The translations under genes were made by a program, and so were the position numbers. From Candidatus Omnitrophota bacterium (GTDB lineage: Bacteria; Omnitrophota; Omnitrophia; Omnitrophales; Aquincolibacteriaceae), in NCBI GenBank assembly GCA_043803685.1, contig JAZDJU010000005.1, positions 1 through 64,000 of the forward strand: a stretch of DNA of 64,000 nucleotides, given 5' to 3'. Under the pieces are notes generated by a model that did no database searches, was not told the origin of the DNA, and saw only the letters and a program-made list of their open reading frames with translations. Of the stretch, positions 58,067 to 64,000 are shown piece by piece. Each line of letters starts with the position of its first letter. Position 1 is the first letter of the stretch.

Positions 58067-58807
58067 GTGAAGACCGTCGCGATCATTCAAGCGAGAATGG
58101 GATCTTCGAGGCTTCCCGGAAAGTCGCTTTTGCCGCTCCACGGAAAACCGGTGCTTGCCCATGCCCTCGCTCGCCTCAAGCGATGCCGTATGATCGACCA
58201 TATCATTGTAGCCACGACGACGGAGGAGCGTGACCGGGTACTGCTCGACCTTGCCCGCAAAGAAGGGGTGGAAGGCTTTGCCGGCAGTGAAAGTGATGTG
58301 CTCGACCGCTATTATCAGGCCGCGCGTTCTCACACTCCCGACCATGTTATTCGTTGCACCGGCGACTGTCCTATCCTGGATCCCAAGGTCACGGATGATG
58401 TTGTCCAGAGGCATTTGGAAGAGCGGAACGATTACACCAGTAATACGATCCGTCGGACCTACCCGCGCGGTTACGATACAGAGGTGATGACCTTCGCGTC
58501 TTTGGAGCGAGCGGCCCGAGAGGCTCGGGCGGATTATGAGAGGGAACATGTCACTCCGTATATCTGGGAGCATCCGGCATTGTTCAAGCTCGGGCACGTG
58601 CTTGCAAGTCCCGACCGTACGCAACCCGATCTTCGAGTGACTGTGGATACGCAAGAGGACTTTGATCTGATCGAGAGTATCTTTGATGCGCTTTATCCGA
58701 CGGATCCTCTTTTTGGTGTTGATGCCGTAATGGAGCTTATCCGGAAACAGCCCGAGCTTAAGTCGATCAATGCTCACATTGAGCAGAAGAAGCTACCCCA
58801 GAAATGA
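58067..58807 (+). CDS. SpsF-type acylneuraminate cytidylyltransferase (PseF role inferred)
   Basis: IIQARMGSSRLPGK, GSESDVLDRY, TGDCP, REHVTPY, RVTVDT.ED. Confidence 0.85.
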   Translation: MKTVAIIQARMGSSRLPGKSLLPLHGKPVLAHALARLKRCRMIDHIIVATTTEERDRVLLDLARKEGVEGFAGSESDVLDRYYQAARSHTPDHVIRCTGDCPILDPKVTDDVVQRHLEERNDYTSNTIRRTYPRGYDTEVMTFASLERAAREARADYEREHVTPYIWEHPALFKLGHVLASPDRTQPDLRVTVDTQEDFDLIESIFDALYPTDPLFGVDAVMELIRKQPELKSINAHIEQKKLPQK

Positions 58808-58830
58808 TGGGGTGGGGCTTCAAAAATGTT

Positions 58831-58894
58831 CTATTTTGACATGATGTGACTACTAGAAAATATGTTTGACTTCTATCCTAATTCGCTATAGCTT
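58831..58894 (+). promoter_or_regulatory. Putative promoter with 10-bp-phased TGAC direct repeats
   Basis: TTGACT(58866)-17 bp-TAGCTT(58889); TGAC ends at 58840, 58850 and 58870. Confidence 0.5.
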
Positions 58895-58919
58895 GATGTC
58901 TATGAAAAAAAGAGAGCCT

Positions 58920-59153
58920 ATGGAAATCAGAGAAAATGAGGTTTACACGACCTCCGAAGTACAAGCGATCCTGAAGATCAGCCAGAGCACGGCCATGCGT
59001 ATGCTGAAAAAGGGGCTTATTCGTGCGGCCAAGATCGGCAAACAATACCGCATCACGGGGAAAGAGCTTCTGCGGCTGATCTCTCCCGAATTGGAAGATA
59101 AGGTCGGCAAGGTCTACAACAAGGGCCGGAACTGGGTCCACAAGGACATCTAA
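58920..59153 (+). CDS. Small HTH_17 (Xis/BldC-like) DNA-binding protein
   Basis: VYTTSEVQAILKISQSTAMRMLKKGLIRAAKIGKQYRI; alternative start at 58902. Confidence 0.85.
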   Translation: MEIRENEVYTTSEVQAILKISQSTAMRMLKKGLIRAAKIGKQYRITGKELLRLISPELEDKVGKVYNKGRNWVHKDI

Positions 59154-59167
59154 AGGAGCATGGGCGG

Positions 59168-60220
59168 ATGAATACTCAAAGTTTGTTGAAAGATAAAACG
59201 ATCTTGATCACGGGCGGCACGGGTTCTTTTGGAAAGAAACTCACCGAGGTGTTGCTGACCCAATACAAGCTCAAACGAGTCATTATTTTTAGCCGTGACG
59301 AGTTCAAGCAATTCGAAATGGCCCAAGTGTTCCCGGTGGAGAAGTATCCCGCGATCCGCTATTTTTTAGGCGACGTGCGTGACAAAGAACGTCTTCATCG
59401 AGCTTTTCGTCATGTGGATTATGTCGTTCATGCCGCGGCCCTCAAACAGGTGCCGGCTGCGGAGTATAATCCTTTTGAGGCGGTGAAAACTAACATTCAC
59501 GGGGCTCAGAATGTGATCGATTGCGCGCTCGACCAGAACGTCAAAAGAGTGCTAGCCCTTAGTACGGATAAAGCGGCAAATCCTATCAATCTCTACGGCG
59601 CCACCAAGCTTTGCTCCGACAAACTTTTTATTGCCGGAAATTCTTACGCCGGAGCCGATCAGAACCTCTTCAGCGTTGTTCGTTACGGGAATGTCGTCGG
59701 AAGCCGTGGAAGCGTTATTCCCTTTTTTATGGAACAACGCGCCAAGGGGGTCCTTCCGATCACGGACCCGCGCATGACGCGTTTTTGGATCACGCTGGAG
59801 GAATCAGTTCGTTTTGTCCTTCAATGTCTTACCCAGATGGCGGGTGGAGAGCTTTTCATCCCGAAGATCCCGAGCATGAATATCATGGACCTCGCCAAGA
59901 CGATCGCTCTCGAGTGCCGGACCAAGGTTGTCGGCATACGGCCGGGAGAGAAACTGCATGAAGTGCTTTTGCCGTCCAACGAAGCGCGGCATGCTCTTGA
60001 GTTTAAGAACCATTTCGCGATCGAGCCCGAGTTTGAGTTCTGGGGACACCGCTCGAAAAATTTGACGGGTGGGAAAAAAGTGTTTGAGGATTTCGAATAT
60101 AACTCACTCAACAACCCGCATTTTCTTTCGGTCCCGGACATGCGTAAGCTGCTCATTTCGTTGGGGTATCCATTGGGGATTGTGCCGTCTTCTAAGAAAA
60201 ATGTACGAAGAAAGGAATAA
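59168..60220 (+). CDS. pseB: UDP-GlcNAc 4,6-dehydratase (inverting)
   Basis: TGGTGSFG, SRDEFKQ, AALKQVPAAEYNP, LSTDKA, YGATK, TDPRMTRFWITL, GIRPGEKLHE. Confidence 0.93.
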   Translation: MNTQSLLKDKTILITGGTGSFGKKLTEVLLTQYKLKRVIIFSRDEFKQFEMAQVFPVEKYPAIRYFLGDVRDKERLHRAFRHVDYVVHAAALKQVPAAEYNPFEAVKTNIHGAQNVIDCALDQNVKRVLALSTDKAANPINLYGATKLCSDKLFIAGNSYAGADQNLFSVVRYGNVVGSRGSVIPFFMEQRAKGVLPITDPRMTRFWITLEESVRFVLQCLTQMAGGELFIPKIPSMNIMDLAKTIALECRTKVVGIRPGEKLHEVLLPSNEARHALEFKNHFAIEPEFEFWGHRSKNLTGGKKVFEDFEYNSLNNPHFLSVPDMRKLLISLGYPLGIVPSSKKNVRRKE

Positions 60221-60224
60221 AATT

Positions 60225-61400
60225 ATGTCGGTTGAGACATCTAAGCCCATTATGCACTATTGCACCAAGTGTACGCTACCCAGCACCAAGCCGGATCTCT
60301 CGTTCGATGAAAAGGGCGTGTGTAAGGCCTGCCGTAATTATGAGAACCGGAAAGAAGTAGATTGGGACGTTCGTCGTAAAGAGTTGGCAACAATCTTTGA
60401 CCGGTACCGGAGCAAGGACAGCACTCGGTGGGATTGTGTGATCCCTGTGAGCGGTGGCAAAGACAGCCATTTTCAAACGCTGAAAGCCCTCGAAATGGGG
60501 ATGAACCCTCTTTGCGTGACGGCGACTACGTGCGATCTTTCGGAAATCGGTCGCAAAAATATCGAGGTGATTAAGAAGTTGGGCGTTGATTATATTGAAT
60601 TTTCGATCAATCCGATCATTCGCCACAAAATGAACCGTATTGGATTGATGCAGGTGGGGGATATTTCCTGGCCCGAGCATGCATCGATCTTCACGATCCC
60701 GGTGCGCGCGGCCGTCCAGTTCGGTGTGCCATTGATCCTCTGGGGCGAGAATGCTCAAAATGAATATGGGGGGCCTGCTTCGGCCTGCGAAACCAATGTT
60801 TTAGATCGCCGGTGGCTTGAAGAGTTCGGCGGACTCTTGGGGCTGAGGGTCACGGATCTGATCGGGCTCGAAGGCATCGAAAAGAAAAATCTGATCCCCT
60901 TGATGTATCCCTCGGATGCGGATCTTGCTCGCGTGGGGGTTACCGGGTTGTATCTGGGCTACTATATTTCCTGGGATTCCTATACCAACGTTCTTCTGGC
61001 ACAGGCGCACGGGTTTACAACGGCGTCGAACGTAATCGAGGGATCGATCGTTACGTACGAAAATCTCGACAATCACCAGACCGGGATCCATGATTATTTT
61101 AAGTTCTTGAAGTTCGGATTCGGCCGAGCCTCCGATATCGCATCGCACCATGTGCGCCGTGGGCGTCTTTCGCGCCGCGATGCTATGGAACTGGTGCGAA
61201 TGCATGACGGGAAATTCCCTTGGACCTATCTGGAGAAGCCTGTCGACAAGATCCTAGCGCCGCTCGATATCTCGGTGGAAGAGTTCATTAAAATCTGCGA
61301 TCGTTTTACGAACAAAAAACTCTTTGTGACAGATGCCCGCGGTAATCTCGTCAAAGACCGGCATGGAAATCTAACCAAGCTTCTTTACGATAATCCATGA
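60225..61400 (+). CDS. N-acetyl sugar amidotransferase (PseA/WbuX/WbpG family)
   Basis: CTKC..CKAC, PP-loop SGGKDS, GENAQNEYGG, KFGFGRA. Confidence 0.9.
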   Translation: MSVETSKPIMHYCTKCTLPSTKPDLSFDEKGVCKACRNYENRKEVDWDVRRKELATIFDRYRSKDSTRWDCVIPVSGGKDSHFQTLKALEMGMNPLCVTATTCDLSEIGRKNIEVIKKLGVDYIEFSINPIIRHKMNRIGLMQVGDISWPEHASIFTIPVRAAVQFGVPLILWGENAQNEYGGPASACETNVLDRRWLEEFGGLLGLRVTDLIGLEGIEKKNLIPLMYPSDADLARVGVTGLYLGYYISWDSYTNVLLAQAHGFTTASNVIEGSIVTYENLDNHQTGIHDYFKFLKFGFGRASDIASHHVRRGRLSRRDAMELVRMHDGKFPWTYLEKPVDKILAPLDISVEEFIKICDRFTNKKLFVTDARGNLVKDRHGNLTKLLYDNP

Positions 61401-62008
61401 GTGTTCTTGTTGTCGATTACCATATGTGCAATCTCGGTTCCGTTCGCCGGGCCCTCGAAGAGATCGGCGCCGAGGTGATCGTCTCCGATGATCCCGCGGA
61501 TCTGAAAAAGGCTGAAAGACTCATTCTTCCCGGCGTTGGATCTTTCAGGGACGGGATGACGCACTTGCGTGATCTGGGATGGGAGCCTGAGATATTGAAC
61601 GCCGTTCGCGAGGGGGTACCCCTTTTTGGCATTTGTTTGGGGATGCAACTCCTGCTGTCGAAAGGCCGCGAAGGCGGCGAAACGCCCGGGCTTTCCTTGA
61701 TCTCTGGTGAAGTGAAACGCCTTGAGCCCGAACCTGCCGGGACGCGCATTCCCCATGTCGGATGGAACGAAGTCCATCCGGTAACATCCTCGGACCTTCT
61801 TCGCGATATCACGGACGGCACGGATTTCTATTTCGTCCACAGTTACCACGCTGTTGTGGAAAATAAAACGGATGTTCTTGCGACGACGCCCTACTGCGGC
61901 GGCTTTGTTTCCGCAGTCCATTCGGGGAATGTCTGGGGGGTTCAGTTCCATCCGGAAAAAAGCGGTAAGCCCGGGTTCAAATTGCTTCAGAATTTCCTAA
62001 AACTCTAA
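61397..62008 (+). CDS. HisH-like glutamine amidotransferase (glycan amidation, WbuY-like)
   Basis: ILPGVGSF, GICLGMQ, PHVGWN, YFVHSY, QFHPEKS; between the amidotransferase and the HisF-like gene. Confidence 0.88.
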   Translation: MSVLVVDYHMCNLGSVRRALEEIGAEVIVSDDPADLKKAERLILPGVGSFRDGMTHLRDLGWEPEILNAVREGVPLFGICLGMQLLLSKGREGGETPGLSLISGEVKRLEPEPAGTRIPHVGWNEVHPVTSSDLLRDITDGTDFYFVHSYHAVVENKTDVLATTPYCGGFVSAVHSGNVWGVQFHPEKSGKPGFKLLQNFLKL

Positions 62009-62021
62009 AGCCGGGGATCTC

Positions 62022-62801
62022 ATGCTGAAGGTCCGCGTCATACCCACACTTTTGTGGAAAAATGTCGGTCTGGTCAAAGGAATAGGATTCGACAGCTGGC
62101 GTCGTGTCGGGACGATCCTTCCGGCGATCAAAGTCTATAATACCCGAGAAGTCGACGAGCTCATTCTGGTGGATATCTCCGCGACCTTGGAAGGTCGAGC
62201 TCCCGATTACGATAGCATCGACGGTCTTTCCGGGGAGTGTTTTGTTCCTCTGACGGTCGGTGGCGGTATCCGTACGGTTGAACACATCCGCGATCTTTTG
62301 CGCGCCGGAGCGGACAAGATCGCTATCAATTCCGCAGCTTATGAAGATCCGCAATTGATCCGTGAAAGCGCTCAGCGATTCGGCTCGCAGTGCGTCGTTC
62401 TGAGTATTGATGCCAGAAAGCAAGCGGATGGGAGTTATGAATGCTACAGTCATAGCGGCACGCGTCCCACCGGTAAGGAACTTGCTTCATGGGCGAGGCA
62501 AGCGGAGTCGCTCGGGGCCGGCGAGATCCTTTTAACCTCTGTCGAACGGGACGGAACGATGCGGGGCTATGACCTTCAAATGCTGCGGACGGTCACCTCC
62601 CAGGTACGGATCCCCGTGATCGCGTCGGGGGGTGCGGGCAATTACCAGCATATGTACGAGGCGATTGAGGATGCGAAAAGTTCAGCGGTCGCCGCGGCAA
62701 GTATCTTTCATTTCACGGAACAGACACCTCTCGAGGCGAAGCAATATCTTGCATCCAAAGGGATCCAGGTGCGTAACGTGAATGCGTCAAAAGGAGATTG
62801 A
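62022..62801 (+). CDS. HisF-like cyclase paralog (WbuZ/AglZ-like)
   Basis: RVIPTLL (lacks the HisF catalytic Asp of PCLD), PLTVGGGI, GAGEILLTS..RDGT, IASGGAG. Confidence 0.88.
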   Translation: MLKVRVIPTLLWKNVGLVKGIGFDSWRRVGTILPAIKVYNTREVDELILVDISATLEGRAPDYDSIDGLSGECFVPLTVGGGIRTVEHIRDLLRAGADKIAINSAAYEDPQLIRESAQRFGSQCVVLSIDARKQADGSYECYSHSGTRPTGKELASWARQAESLGAGEILLTSVERDGTMRGYDLQMLRTVTSQVRIPVIASGGAGNYQHMYEAIEDAKSSAVAAASIFHFTEQTPLEAKQYLASKGIQVRNVNASKGD

Positions 62802-62806
62802 ATTCT

Positions 62807-63493
62807 ATGCTGAAAATCCCCAGTAGAATCAAAAGGATTGCCGTCTTGACCCCTCAGGGGAGTTGGTTTGTCCCAAAAGCCAGAAAATTCGTTCAGGATC
62901 TTCAACGTCAATATCCAGGTACCCGTCTTTTTTTTGAATATGAACGGATCCCTGCTGGCTACGATGTGATTTTTATTCTAAGTTATACGCGGATCATTGG
63001 CCCTGTGCTGCTCAAGCGGCACAAACATAACATCGTTGTTCATGCGAGCGATCTCCCCAAAGGAACGGGCTGGGCCCCACTTTTTTGGCAAGTGCTTGAA
63101 GGAAAGCGAAAGGTTGTTTTTACGCTTTTCGAGGCAGACGAAAAGGCTGATACGGGGACGTATTACATCAAAAGCAGTCTGCGTCTCAAGGGGACTGAAC
63201 TCCATGATGAGCTTCGCGAGTTGCAGGCTCAGAAATGTTTTGAGCTTTGCCGGCATTTTCTGAATCGATACGATTCTCTTCGGCCGCGTGTCCAAAAAGG
63301 CGTACGGACTTTCTTGAAACGACGCACTCCAACGGATAGCCGTTTGGATCCGCGCAAGACGCTTCGAAAGCAGTTCAACCTCTTACGCATCTGCAGCAAT
63401 GACGACTTCCCAGCTTTTTTTTATTTGAATGGGCGCAAATATATCCTCAAGATCTATTCCGATCAGGAGCTTCAGGCCCATGGCAAAAAATGA
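62807..63493 (+). CDS. N10-formyl-THF-dependent formyltransferase-like protein
   Basis: LSY, HASDLPKGTGWAP, DEKADTG, RRTP.DS, FNLLRI..N..FPAFF. Confidence 0.78.
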   Translation: MLKIPSRIKRIAVLTPQGSWFVPKARKFVQDLQRQYPGTRLFFEYERIPAGYDVIFILSYTRIIGPVLLKRHKHNIVVHASDLPKGTGWAPLFWQVLEGKRKVVFTLFEADEKADTGTYYIKSSLRLKGTELHDELRELQAQKCFELCRHFLNRYDSLRPRVQKGVRTFLKRRTPTDSRLDPRKTLRKQFNLLRICSNDDFPAFFYLNGRKYILKIYSDQELQAHGKK

Positions 63494-64000
63494 ATTTATG
63501 GATTTTTTGGGGTGTCCAGACCGTGTCTGCCTCGTAGCGGAAGTGTCCTGTAACCATGGCGGTGATTTGAAGCGTGCGATTCAAATGATCCGGACCGCGA
63601 AAGAGTGTGGCGCGGATGCCGTCAAGTTTCAAACCTACACACCGGATTCCTTGACGCTTGATGTTAAAAACCGGTATTTCACCATTCATCATCCGAAATG
63701 GGGCGGCCAGACACTTTATCAGCTTTACAAAAAAACAGCACCGCCCTTGACGTGGTTTAAAAGGCTCAAAGAAGTCGCGGACGAAGTGGGGATTGTCTTT
63801 TTTTCCACCGCGCTTGACGCGGCATCGGTGGATCTTCTGGAAACCCTCGACGTTCCTTGCCACAAGCTGACCTCGTTCGAACTTGTCGATCTTGGATTGG
63901 TTCGTTGCGCTGCTCGTACTGGAAAACCGCTCATTTTATCGACAGGGATGGCGACGATCGAGGAGATCCGTGAAGCTGTGCAAACGGCAAAGCGTGCAGG
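63480..64000 (+). CDS. pseI: Pseudaminic acid synthase (NeuB family), 3'-truncated by the window edge; absent from the supplied ORF track
   Basis: Manual translation MAKNEF..VAEVSCNHGGDLKRA..GADAVKFQTYTPDS..FFST..KLTSFE..KPLILSTGMAT. Confidence 0.88.
   Translation, partial: MAKNEFMDFLGCPDRVCLVAEVSCNHGGDLKRAIQMIRTAKECGADAVKFQTYTPDSLTLDVKNRYFTIHHPKWGGQTLYQLYKKTAPPLTWFKRLKEVADEVGIVFFSTALDAASVDLLETLDVPCHKLTSFELVDLGLVRCAARTGKPLILSTGMATIEEIREAVQTAKRA

Noticed and set aside
58808..59153. Second prophage or island marked by the excisionase-like gene
   Set aside because: No integrase, att-like repeat or phage gene nearby; pse genes continue on both sides
61397..62801. hisH/hisF as histidine biosynthesis genes
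   Set aside because: No other his genes, linked to a sugar amidotransferase, and the HisF-like protein lacks the N-terminal catalytic Asp

Overview
Bacterial (diderm, probably anaerobic) chromosomal window in three parts. (1) 1-5723: the right end of a probable integrative island. A cargo operon (MdoH/OpgH-like glucosyltransferase, membrane-fusion protein, sugar nucleotidyltransferase) runs into DUF1016/YhcG, two small Xis-like HTH genes and a tyrosine integrase that ends 15 bp before the 5' end of tRNA-Thr(CGT). (2) 5788-15431: housekeeping genes (trypsin-like protease, rpoN, accD, an orphan sugar ABC ATPase, two membrane diguanylate cyclases, LptD-like protein). (3) 15485 to the right edge: a ~48 kb surface-glycan supercluster. 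It holds ugd, rmlA/B/D, uxs, five polyprenol-phosphate-type GT2 enzymes mostly paired with six GT-C-type membrane proteins, three B12-binding radical SAMs, several methyltransferases and an embedded 2-oxoacid:ferredoxin oxidoreductase. It also holds an epimerase/nucleotidyltransferase-kinase/SIS isomerase/SPASM radical SAM/split transketolase cassette (candidate higher-carbon sugar pathway) and a pseudaminic-acid pathway with amidino, methyl and formyl tailoring genes. The best candidates for undescribed biology are that sugar cassette, the modular GT2/GT-C glycosylation array, the Xis/BldC-like regulator with 10-bp phased repeats before pseB, and the island's GT2+MFP module. All calls come from motif recognition by eye; no database searches were run. 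Gene content is reminiscent of Omnitrophota-like genomes, but this is a guess.
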